Shown in pieces: positions 1 to 11,500 of a stretch of 64,000 nucleotides of DNA. The notes below the pieces were generated by a model. It saw only the letters and a list, made by a program, of their open reading frames with translations, was not told the origin of the DNA and did no database searches. Source of the stretch: Daphnia carinata (lineage: Eukaryota); the NCBI RefSeq assembly GCF_022539665.2, contig NC_081331.1, positions 8,122,001 to 8,186,000 of the forward strand, written 5' to 3'. The translations under genes and the position numbers were made by a program. Numbering within the stretch: the first letter of the stretch is position 1; every line of letters begins with the position of its first letter.

Positions 1-604
1 CCATGAAATTACATGTCCAGTTACATAGGAGGTGCAATACGTTAGCCCATAGGCATTTTTTAGGTGGTATGATTGAAATTGGTCTATTTTTCCCGTTTTA
101 CGACCGAATAGAATGACAGCGAATTTTATTTTTCAGTAGACTATGCATTTCCACCGCTAATGGCTGTTTCCTAGTTTTAACCTGAAATTTCTAATATAAG
201 GAATTGCCGCATTTTCTGACCAGATGTTACAGGATTCGGTTTGTCAGGTTTGGCTTTAGTTATTAGAAAAATAGGCAAAATGGTGACGCTAAGCACTTGG
301 CTGGCATAGTAGTAACATCCAAAACTGTCACGATGTTGTCCCGGATCATACCCTACTAGCACTGTGCCGTCATAGGGACATTCGTAAGATATCCGTCGTA
401 TCCGAGCTGGATATCCGTTTCGACGTCCGACGGATATCACAGGGACTTCCTAATGTCCGCTCTTAGGGACATCACAACAAGGATGTCTTGTCGGTTTGCA
501 TATGAATGTCCCCATAACGTCCATGTACAGATATCCCTGTAACGTCCCGCAGAAACCAAATAAGGATGTGGCGCGTACTTAGGAAAGGAGAAAAAAGAGG
601 TGAT

Positions 605-672
605 GTATACTGGATTCGAACTCGAGACTCCCGCACAACAGCCGAGTGTGCTATCCATTAAACCAATTCAAG
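605..672 (-). other. tRNA-derived Pol III A-box/B-box sequence inside the MITE (not a functional tRNA)
   Basis: Minus strand reads TGGTTTAATGG (A box) ... GAGTTCGAATCC (B box) with tRNA-like spacing. Acceptor stem does not pair convincingly. Confidence 0.6.
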
Positions 673-970
673 TTGTATAAATTAATGTTGTTAATTGTTG
701 TTAATTGATGTTAACCAGAGAAATGAAAGTTTTCCTGAGAGATCGTAAGTATCCTAGTAACGTACCTCAGTTAATTAGGTTGCATTTCTCAGGCCCATTA
801 TTACAGTCCAAAATCACAGTATTGTTTAACTGTATCGTGATTGCCGTCTATAACTGAATAATAAACTAACTTAATGATGGATTCTATGCCTATTTTTTAT
901 TATGAGTCCCTGTACAATAAAACACGTCGGGTTTTTGACGTCATTTGGATGTGGAATTCAAATTTTTGCC

Positions 971-1054
971 GTATGTCCCCGTTTGGACATCCGATGTATG
1001 TCCCCGTTTGGACATCCGATGTATGTCCCCGTTCGGACATCCGTTGTACGTCCC
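971..1054 (+). repeat. 25-bp subterminal tandem repeat, about 3.4 copies
   Basis: GTATGTCCCCGTTTGGACATCCGAT at 971 and 996, a variant at 1021 and a partial copy at 1046. Confidence 0.9.
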
Positions 1055-1684
1055 ATTGTAGACCGCTGCCCGAAGGCAATTTCATCTCCTCGTTGGATAT
1101 CTCTGAGATGTCCGGCTAAGGATGTTCGAACAACGTCCCATTAGGTACGTCCATAGGATGTCTCAATGGCGTCGAAAGACGACGGACCTAAATCGGATCT
1201 GCCGACGTCTCTATGACATCCTCAAGACAAAGTGTGCTAGTAGGGTACTGCTGTACCATGCGATCCACACCGTGACGTTAGCTTTTATTTCACTAATTGT
1301 AGTGCTCGACCTCCATCCTATTGAAACAGTTTTATTGTTTGTGTTTTTAATCATTTCTTTTGGTTGCCTTTGTTAGTTCATTAACGTTAGCGAATAATTT
1401 TTTGGAACCCACACATTGTCTTCGTCATTCGTGTGAAAAACAGCCGCCTTAATAATTTATTGAATAAACAATGGTAAACCCCAAAATTTATATTATCTAA
1501 CAATTTTACTTGATTTTATATATTTCTTTGAAACAGCCAAATGTTTTTGTGTTACTTGAAACGCACGAGTCTTACTTTCATGGAGGGATCTTCTAAAGCA
1601 CTCCTGAGCATATCACCAACAATTTCTTGAATTGAAAATATTGGCATGTTCCTCCATAATTTTCCAGCTTCGTGCTCTCATTCC

Positions 1685-3130
1685 CATCTACAATGCTTTC
1701 AAAAGATTCTAATCATGAGTCGAAACGTACAAGAGGGCTTCCCGAAAAAGAAGGAAGTAATTGTAAACGGGAGGTCTGCTGGTTATTTTGGGCTGGTCAT
1801 TTAAATCGTTAACAGTGGCTGCTCTTGAGGGAGAAAAAAATTCAACCATGTTTGGATTCAATGTGGGAAATTTCGAAGTTCCTCCCTTCGGATTCTGAGG
1901 GTGCTCTGCAATGTTATGCGTAATTGCTCGAGATTCTCTTGCTTTTCTTCCGGTTGATTGGATCGCTGAACTCGTGGGGAGTGTTAAGTGCGTGAGGAAG
2001 TTGATGGTTGGTTTCCTCGGCGTGTCTGTCTTCCCCTCAGTGTGTTTTCCGACGGCGGAGATTCTTGCTGAATTGGCGCTGCTTGCTGTTGTGTTGGGTT
2101 CGGTTGTATGAATAACAGCGACTGTCTCAATTGTCTTTTTGTTTGCGTGAGTCTTTGTTTGATATCCCTCGCATGTTGCTCTTGGTAGCCCTAGTGGCTT
2201 GGTGACTTCAGGGAAATTGTTCAATTGGTTCAAGATGAATACCATTTCTGGCTGCAACACCTTCAATTGGTGACCGACTGTAGTTTCCTTAGATATGAGG
2301 ATAGGCTGTCGGCTTCCATTAGAAACGTTTGCTGAGATTCCAGCAGATAAATCTCCTCCAGCAATCTCTTCCAGGACGGATCTCTTCCAGTATTGATACC
2401 TCAGACACCTCCGAGGATGAGAGGATAATACTCTCCAACTCTCGTCCCTGTCTCTGATGTCTCGTCTCGGAACGAAATCGAAGAGCTACTTCTCCAATTG
2501 TTGGTGTGAGCTTTTGCAAGTCGATGATGTCGTAGATCTGTCCCTGCAGGAAAATCAAAAACTGTCTCGCGTGCGTCGTGAAAATTTTTGTCAGCTCGGT
2601 CACTAGTTGCTCCGTTTTCCGGTTCGTCTTCCTCTTAGTCGGCCCACGGGTTTTTCTTTCCAGAATGGACGTCGAGTATCCAAAAGAGTCGTCGGACTCT
2701 ACCAATCTGCTTGTGTTTGCGGGTAGACTTGGTTTTTCTTCCGGATGTCTTTCATCTACCAGATGAGAGGGTCTCAGGCTTTCGGGTCGCTTGACTGGAA
2801 CTCCTTCTCCCTCTCCTTGAAACTTCTGATGGCTAGTAGTAGGAACGGCAACTGGCTTATTGGTGTCTGGAAAATGCTGTCTTGATTCTTCTTTGCTTCT
2901 TGAGATATATGCTGGATGCTTACATAGAGCTGGTTTTCCATTGGGTGTATTTCTGTTCTGAAAAAGATTTGAAACAGTGCTCGATACAGCGCTTGATGGG
3001 GACGGGTTTTTGGAAACAGATTTCTTAGGTGAAGATGGCATACTAATTTAACTAGAAAGGAGGGCGAATTTTTCACAGTCGTGGCTTTAGAATTTGAGAG
3101 TCGTTTACCCACAACGCCGAATATATTTTC
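1685..3130 (-). pseudogene. Degenerate Ty3/Gypsy gag N-terminal region with overprinted-ORF remnant, related to the element at 29039-47625
   Basis: Peptides SPSRAATVNDLND, LESFESIVDG, QGEGEGVPV and LTKIFTTHARQFLIFLQGQIYDII align with the gag and +1 ORF at 29170-31131. Several frameshifts and stops. Confidence 0.8.
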
Positions 3131-4113
3131 TAAAGGTAGGCTCAAGAAGAATGAAACAACAAATACACAATTTTGCGAATAAGCGGGGAACTGGAAAGTA
3201 CAAAAGTAATGCAAGTGGAGCTTACCGCGTTATACCGAGGAAAGGGAAATATAAGAAAACGCAAGTTGAGTTGAGTAAGAGAACAATACAGCTTCATGAA
3301 CACTCTGCAAATAGAAATAACACGTGGGGATAGTCATATAAAGGAAATATTAAGCGGAATGAAACGGAACACTACTTAATTGAATAAACATAAAAATACT
3401 AAATGTAACTGTTAATCAATAACTTGAAACTAACGGGAAAGGACCTACCGACCAGCTCTGTAGAAATTGGGAACTAACTAGAGAAACAAAATGGCATCCT
3501 TTTATAGGTTTCGGATGTATTAAGAAAACATAGCATTTCCGAATTGATGCAACCAGGATGTCTTTCACTTGCGCGTCGCACGTGCCAACATTTCAGGTTC
3601 ATGGAAACCGATGGCGCGATGTCCTACTCATGAGTCAGATCCAATCACAAATAAGAAAAACAAATACAGCTCATGGAAAAGGCAATGACACTTGATAATT
3701 ATGAGTTGTGATGATATAATTTTAAGATAAAAGGGAGGAAATAACAAAGTCAATAATTTCGTTCGGTTTTTCGAATTTACCGTCACGTTGCTCTTCATTT
3801 TTTACGATTAAGTTCCGATAGTGCTATAGTATTTATTAGGTTCTTAATTTTTTCCAGTTTTGTTTTAAGAAATTTAATATCGGTTTGCAGTGTGGCTATT
3901 GGCCTTTTTTTCGTTCGACTTCTGTGTCGTGTCCTTTTGTATATAATCATTCATCTTAGTTGCTTCACTAAAAATAGAAGAAAATCGATCATCATGTAGA
4001 GTGACGATTCTTTCGATAAGCAACTTCGAGATCTTGTTACGTTTGATCATCCTCTTTCCAGTTTTTCCAGTTTTTCTATTTTGCAAGTTTAATCTTGTGG
4101 GTGGTTAAGGCTG

Positions 4114-5230
4114 CCCAGACAACACGCGTGGTTTTTTTTCGGGATAAAAGCCGTCTTTTCGAAACCGAATTGTAGGACCGGAAAAAGACAGCTTTTATCA
4201 GGCCCAGACTGGTTCTTTTTTGCCAAAACGTGCGGTCCGAAGCGCAATAAAAGATGCGTTTTTTATCGGGCCTAAACTAGGCATATTCCACGACCTTACG
4301 CGGTTCGAAACGCTGTGAAAAAGACGGCTTTTACTGGGCCGAAATCAGGCTTTTTAACCAAAGTACACATGGTCTGAAACCCAGACAACACGCCTGGTTT
4401 TTTCCGGGATAAAAGCCGTCCTAAAAACCTTATATAGAACCGGAAAAAGAAAGCTTTTATCGGTCCCAAACTAGGCACATTTCACGACTTTATACGGTTT
4501 GAAACCCTGTGAAAAAGACGGATTTATGCCTTATCAAAAAGTTTACGAGAATCAAGCTATTGAAATAAGTGTAAGCTAGAATAAAGGGAGTCAGGAAAAC
4601 ATATATATTAATTTAGCATAAGAAATGCTCCAAACAAGCATTAGTTATGATAGGTCTTAAATATCAAATAATTCATTTCCTTAAAAAATTTTAAAATCAT
4701 ACCTCAGTTTAGAATCTTAAAAAAATTTAGCATAATTGGGTTAATTACATTTGATGGGAACTAGGGTTTACTTTAATTTCGACTACATCTTTATGTTTTT
4801 AAAATCCTGTTTGGGATCTGTTGTCGAAAAAAACTTAAGTATTTCCCTTCATTTGTGTTAAATTGCTCGGGAATACTAGCATAATTATGTGTAGAATGGT
4901 CTAGTGGAAAGAGCATCTGAAAGTGGTGCGGGAGACCCGAGTTTGATTCCAGCCACGGCAATCTTTTTTCACTTTGCCTTTAATGTACGGGCGGGCAAAA
5001 AACTTTTATTAGCCCAATAAAAGACGTCTTTGGGCCCGACCAAAAGACGTCTTTAGGACCACGTCACGGTACAAGAACCCTACAAAAGACCGTTTATAAC
5101 CCAGGTTTGGCGGTCGTAAATACCAGAATTGGTCGATTTTTGGCCCATTCTGAGACGTTTTTAATACGGTATGCACCGTCCCGTTGACTAGAAAAAAAGA
5201 CGTCTTAAAGACGGAAAGGTGCTGTCTGGG
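4114..5230. mobile_element. Non-autonomous CACTA/EnSpm(CMC)-type DNA transposon (1117 bp)
   Basis: TIRs CCCAGACAACAC (4114-4125) / GTGCTGTCTGGG (5219-5230), 11/12 match. TG on both sides (4112-4113, 5231-5232). Arrays of AAAAGACG/CGTCTTTT subterminal motifs. Second internal left-end copy at 4380. Confidence 0.85.
4890..4969 (+). other. tRNA-derived Pol III A-box/B-box sequence inside the MITE
   Basis: TGGTCTAGTGG (4897-4907) and GAGTTTGATTCC (4939-4950), ending CCACGGCA and followed by a T6 run. Confidence 0.6.
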
Positions 5231-5749
5231 TGCACTCTCTGCTTCTTTTTTTGGCGGTTTTTCTGTGGCCAAAATGATTACGATTTGCGCATGTTATTCC
5301 ATGGGCAATATACGACTGAAAATTGAAGGGCATACAGTCAATGTTATATCTGTTAGGGGGTTTTCGGTTTTGAACTGTAATATTGCTGTTGGGGCTGGGA
5401 CTCTATCTGTTCTTTCCGTTTTTCTTCTACGAAACTTATTGGGTATTTTTTTTAGTTCTTTCTTGACACCTCGTCTGTATGTCCAAGTGGAACTCCAGCA
5501 TGGATTACCACTTTTGATTTTTCGTGTGATCTAGGTAGAGAGCGTATTACCTCTATTCGGTTTAGTATGGATGTTGTTTTAAGGAGGGCTTGATGTTGGG
5601 CAGGAGAACTTGGGCGGATCAAATGGTCTCCTCCTGACACGATACTGATATTTAATGCAAAAAAGCCTACTTTACGTCGAGTTGCGGTATGGCCTATTTC
5701 CTGAGGTTTCATTAACTTGAATTATGTTCAGTATTTACCTTATATAGAC

Positions 5750-5940
5750 CGAGAGAAGGGGTGGAGGGGACATGTTGGGTAGTTAGTCAACTTAGTGGTT
5801 AGCGTAACTCGTCTCGCTCGTACAGGAAATTGTCACACTTGTACTGTACTTGCCAGACAGCAGCAAGTGATGACTTAGACAAAAAAGTACCTTAAATAAA
5901 AACCAAAAGGGGATTTAACTATTTTTGTTAAATTTTAACA
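5750..5940 (+). mobile_element. Polypurine tract plus short 3' LTR of an LTR retrotransposon remnant
   Basis: Purine run GAGAGAAGGGGTGGAGGGGA at about 5751-5770, then TGTT...AACA (5773-5940) containing AATAAA. No partner LTR in the window. Confidence 0.5.
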
Positions 5941-6721
5941 GACTCACAAAAGACCACTAGGGAACCCAGGGAACTCATCTAACGGAGTTTTGCAGCCATA
6001 TTTTATATTATTTCGTGAATTATTCCACTTCCGCACTGTGTAGGCTATCTCCGTATATTGCTTAGGGTTAATTTCTTCTGATGATTTCTTTCCACGGACA
6101 CAGCGTGGTCCAAGTAGCGAGTGACTCGTATCTCTGAAAAGATAACCACCGTTTCTTTCTTCTTTGTCACCCGAGACAATAACGCAATCGAAAAACACAA
6201 TTAAAAGACGTTCTGGGAAAGGTATGCCTGTAATTGGGCAACTCCTCCTAAAACTCCAACTTCTCCTAGTAAATCCTATAGAATCCCGACAAATCGTACA
6301 GTGAAACACTACTATGAACACGCAGAAATAACGGTTTAAGCCTTACTCGTAGAGAACGCTTTGGGAAGTTTTTACTTTAGCTCCGTCATCGAACTACCAC
6401 AGGTTGGATTTGCATGTAACCAATAAAGCGGGCTTTGATGTGGAATGCTAATTACTTACTTTTTCTTGCTATCTAAGATCGCGAGATTGTTACTTGTTGA
6501 TATAGGGTAAACTATACACGAAAACGAGTGTATTCGATATGAGGGGAAAAGTCATTTTTTCATTCCGACTTTTAAGGATTCCGAGTTTTATTTTTAAGGG
6601 GAATTCTGTAATAGTTGATTCAACAAAACTTTACAGGCTGAGAAAGTGATGTGGGCTGTTTTTTCTGTTTTTATTTTTTTTTTCACAAAAAGTTTTACTT
6701 TATTTGTTTTGAACAGGAGGC

Positions 6722-8558
6722 TCACATGGAAAACTTTTCAGGGGCGATCACTCGCTTGCACAATCGCGCAAGCAAGCCAGACATTTGCAGTAACGAACCC
6801 AGCCCTTGAGCTATTTTCATGTGCGTTAACCCTATTTCCTATAGTGCACATGGAAAATACAAAGGATTGTTGTAATTAAACCGAGTTATGCGTGTCCAAT
6901 GGCTATACGTACCTGGATAAACTCAAGCATAATGTATTCTGGAAGGGTGTGATTTCGGCACACTCGAAACACGCTGGATATGATGTCTTCAGCTGCATAT
7001 CCCAATTCGTACAAATGCGCCATAATCTGCATCAATCACTGAACAATGAAACTTTTATGTTAATCGACACCATAACTGGTATACCGTATAGGCATCGTCG
7101 ATATTTCCTTTTACGCAGTGGTCAATCATGTCTTTGATTAACATGGGATGAGGTTCATCGCATACCTAACGAAACAGAAACTATAGGATACCTGATTCAC
7201 AAATTTACAATAAAAGTCAATTTTTCACCTTAAAAACATTTTCACTGTTTACGTGACCAAAGCCTTGTACTGTTGCCTGCAGATTGTTTAATGCCTGGCA
7301 TTTTTGGTATTATTTTTGTTTAATAATGAATGCAAAAGAAGAGGAAGAGCAATGTAAAATTTCCTGGTTTCCAAACATACCTGTCGTAAGTCCCCTTGTG
7401 CCGTAAAGACAATTGCTTCTAGTCCATCATCGGTGTGACTGACATGTTCTAGTTGACAAACTTCTATCATCTTCGCAAGAATTTGCGCATCACTTAATTT
7501 TCCATATCTAATCATGGCGCATCGACTCTACATATAACATATAATATAACGTGGATTTTTCCTGTACACTTCCAAAGTGATGTGCAACGCAATTAATTGT
7601 TAGTTAGTACCTGAATCGGCTCTATAATTTTATCACTAGTATTACAGGCCAATGCAAACCGCGTTGTTTTACTATACAGTTCCATGGTACCTATATTGTT
7701 ATGAAGGTATTAGAAGTTTTTTTCCTATTAAAGTTATACTTATGAGTTTTATTTTTACGTCGGAGAGCCTGTTGGGCACCTTCAGTCATGCTTTCATTTT
7801 TAAAGATAAAAAAAAAAAAAAGAAAGGAAAAAAAAGTGTGATTACATTTTACTAACAAACATTATACGTATGAATGTGAACCTGTCTGCTTCATCCAATA
7901 TAATTATTTTTTGTCTGCCTTTTGGTAAAGTAACTTTTTGTTGGGCAAACATTTTGATTTTGTTCCTCACAATATCAATTCCTCTTTCATTTGATGCATT
8001 AAGTTCTAATACAGCATCTTTGTAGTTTTGTCCTGGAGGAGACAACAAACATTACGAAAAAAACAATGAAAGTATTTTAGAAAATAAAATACCAAGCAGG
8101 GTGCGAGCTAGGCAAAGAATTGTGGTTGTTTTCCCCACACCAGGAGGCCCCTATTAAGTCAACATTTGCCTAGTTATAGATTAGATAAAAAATGCTAGCT
8201 CATCGCTCATACAGCAATTATGATATTCGGAGTATTCCCTTCTCTTGCAAAAACTTCCAATCTGCCAACTGCATCTTCATTGCCAACAATTTCTTTGAAA
8301 GTTACTGGGCGATACTTTTCTACCCTGTTACAAAAATAAATTTACTGTAATAATATAAATATAGAAATAAAAATAAAGCCACAAAAACTCTTTGGTTCAT
8401 CCTGAACCCTTTAATTGGCTTTAGTCATGCCAATTTAACAAAACACTAGCCAACTTTTCTTATCTTATTAATTTTGATTACCATGGCATATTGTCTTTCT
8501 TCCCACTAATTTTCGTTGGATCGACTGACAGGGAGTTTTCTTTAACGTCTATTTCCAT
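6722..8558 (-). CDS. RFC2: Replication factor C subunit 2 (40-kDa clamp-loader subunit), 11 coding exons, apparently intact
   Basis: Exons approximately 8558-8482, 8324-8213, 8150-8093, 8032-7882, 7790-7759, 7690-7611, 7527-7381, 7294-7229, 7165-7085, 7026-6913 and 6838-6722, with GT-AG introns. Motifs [16 protein letters not shown] (Walker A), [35 protein letters not shown] and GDLRQALNNLQ. The start codon is the least certain part. Confidence 0.9.
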
Positions 8559-11500
8559 TTCGTGCAAGCTTAAGGAGTATGTCCACACCTTCAATGTCCA
8601 TAAACATTCAAATTCAACTACAGAACCTACAGAAGAAAATTAGTCACTGGTAAGAGAACAGTGAGAGTTGCAGCTGCTTGAGAGAGGAAAACAACGTTGG
8701 AGAATAACAAAGCTTAGTGGCGGGAACCGCGGCTTACTTTATGCAACATGGCCAGGATAGTTTTTTTCCTTCATAAATATCTGTTTGTTTGTTTTTTCTT
8801 CTTCGTCGTTTCGGAACTATAACTGTTGTAAATTTGTAACATTGTTTTAAGGCTCCAACTTTCATAGAAGTTCGTCGACTTGAAACTTTCGCTAATTTAA
8901 ATCAATTCGATAAACGGGTAGGGTTCGCCCCTTGTCCATCGGGTAGCTTTTTAGCTTATCGATTGGTTCGTGGATCATGCATTCTTTTGGGTTTCGGGGC
9001 GTTTCCTGTCCGTAAGCAATTGGATTGTTTCGTAGTCCAAGCTAATGCCTGAAAAAAATAAACCGGGTACAAAAACCCGATTTCAAACCCCGATTGCACC
9101 GCTTTCTGTTTCGTTTGCCCCGACTTCTACGCGATTTACTTGGGTATTGAATACAAAGTTCAAATTCCAAAAATAGGAAAGGGATGCACATTTTTCAATG
9201 CGTGAGTTGGTGGTTCTACAATAGGCTGATGACTATACATTACCATAATCAACAGAACTTTGTTTCTCTGATAATCTGCATCTGTTCATGATTAAGACAC
9301 AATGGACGTGGTGCGGAGTAGGAGGCTTTATGAATATAGAAGAGTGAACGGCAGGAACGGGGTTTTCCTATTTGCACTACTATATTTTTCACTTTCTGAT
9401 TTTTGTTCCATTTACTCATTCTTTAATGTAACGAGATCAACTAACTACAAACTGTCAACTTTAATTCATGATTAAACATCTGCAATATAGTTCTGTGACA
9501 AATGATGACTAGGGCATCTCAAATTATCGCATCGTCCGTTTCCCTGAATTTGGAATGATTCGCGAATGTGACGCAGTGATGACCCACAGCCACGACGCAT
9601 CAATCCAGGAAATGCGAAGTTTCTGCGTAAATCTAAAAATCGGAAAAAGGTAATCAAGTAGCTGTTTCGAAATCAATCAGTTGCTCCCAGTCTATCAGTT
9701 GCCTTCTTAGCGTAATCACCTCAAATCTAGTGCTCCTTTCTTCTACGTTCTCAATGGAGTTTTCTTGCTATTTCCACTTTTCTCTACTTCTCTTTTTGTC
9801 TCATCTCCTAATTTGGTATGTTAGTCGTTAATTTTTTAATTATATCAACCTTAGACTTACCCCAAAATATATCGGCATTGTTGACAAAACGCCTTCACTT
9901 CCCTTTTTAATTTTTTTATTAATTTGGTAAGAAGTCCACCTTCCCAAAGAGGGTGGAGTCAAACCTTTTACACTAGCATAGAAAAAACTTTATTCAAAAG
10001 ATAACAATATAAGAATGGTACTCTTCTACTTCAATCTTCTACTTTCCCTGACCACCCACTAGTTGCGTTTCTGGAAACAGACCTCATATAAAATAGCATG
10101 AAATACATAATATCTATGTATCCTGTCGAAAAAATTTACATTTTACTCATTCCCCACCTTTTACATTGCGTCTATGGAGCGATTTTTCTTTTATATCGAA
10201 TTACTCGTCACAACAATTTAAGTACAAAAACAAAACAAAAAATAATAATTCTGAACACTCCTCGATAAGGTACTGTTATAGGATAGGTGGCATATGTTTG
10301 TATGCATAATACCTTAACGGCATGTATGCATTCAGTTGTAGATTAGTTTCCTGTTGCACGCCACCATTTCCTTTGGTAACCTAACCTACCAAAATGAACT
10401 CCTTTTTAGTTTGTGCATACAATTAGAGCTAAAAATTTCGCGACCTTCTCAATCTTTTCTCACATTCAGTATATGCATGGATTGTGCACTTTGGTTGCGG
10501 ATAGTAGAAATGATGCCTTTTTTTAATATGCATTTCGCGAGATAATATTAAGTTGTTCGTTTTGCCATAAAATAACACTATCTACATCAGCAACAATATC
10601 GTTACATTAGTTACTCTCCGACGGCAGAATACATATTATAGCATACATACAAAATAATACATTTCAAAGAATTTCTTAGCTCTAGCACAGTAATAAAGGC
10701 CCTAGTTTGCAACTTCCAAATTGATAATTCGGTCCCAACAGAAACTAAGAATGAAATTAATTAAGGTTGTTCAGCTTTTGTCGCTAGTAATTAAAGTTAA
10801 GATACCCTCGACGCAAATTCTAATTGCCAACTAAATTTGTTTTTCTATCAGAGAATTTTGTATTGATTCTAAAACCGACCGTAAATAACTACGGCATTTT
10901 CGAGATTTCCTTTACTGTAAGCTGTCTTCGAAGTTTGAAATGTAAATTTTTGTTTTGTTTAAATTACAAATAGCCTCCGAATCACGGCTATTTTCTGATT
11001 GTATAGCCTCTCGAATCCGGGTTGTAAATCTAACACTTTTCAAAGGGAAAATAATTTTTTTTTTTAATTTTCAGGTTCGTTTTTTCCTAATCGCTAAGTA
11101 ACTGAGACCACCAAATGCACATTGAAAAGTTACCTTTGACTTCATCCTTTGAAATTCCGTCTGGCATTATTTTGAAACACGTATATAATTGCTTGAAAAA
11201 TGTTCAAAATATTTTCTCTAATTAAGGTTTTCTAGGGATGGAATCTAGGCCCCACAGAGCTACAATATCTCGATGTTTGAATATAAAATCGTTGTGTTAA
11301 GCAAGCATGTATACCGGATGGTTGTCTGCTGGAAAGTTGCTGCGATCGTTGTATTCGAAATCAAATGGGGAAGAGGCAGAAGCAAGGCAGCACCAGGTAA
11401 ATCCCTACTACAATATCCAAAAGAAGTCGACAAAACTAAAAACTACTGAAGTTTTCATAAAATGTTCCAAAGAAATATGTGTTCGAAAAAGGGACAACGG

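Larger units (their letters stand above)
351..1245. mobile_element. Non-autonomous CACTA/EnSpm(CMC)-type DNA transposon (MITE-like, 895 bp)
   Basis: Perfect 12-bp TIRs CCCTACTAGCAC (351-362) / GTGCTAGTAGGG (1234-1245). TA on both sides (349-350, 1246-1247). Many subterminal GGATGTCC/GGACATCC-like motifs shared with the element at 33899-40865. No transposase. Confidence 0.85.

Noticed and set aside
605..672. Functional tRNA genes here and at 4890-4960 and 44420-44485
   Set aside because: A and B boxes are present but acceptor and anticodon stems do not pair properly. Kept only as tRNA-derived modules.
971..1054. CRISPR-like repeat array
   Set aside because: The repeats are contiguous with no spacers, in a eukaryotic context. 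They are subterminal repeats of a DNA transposon.
3130..3720. LTR of the minus-strand gag remnant (TATAAAAG on the minus strand near 3500)
   Set aside because: No PBS, TG…CA termini or partner copy could be fixed.
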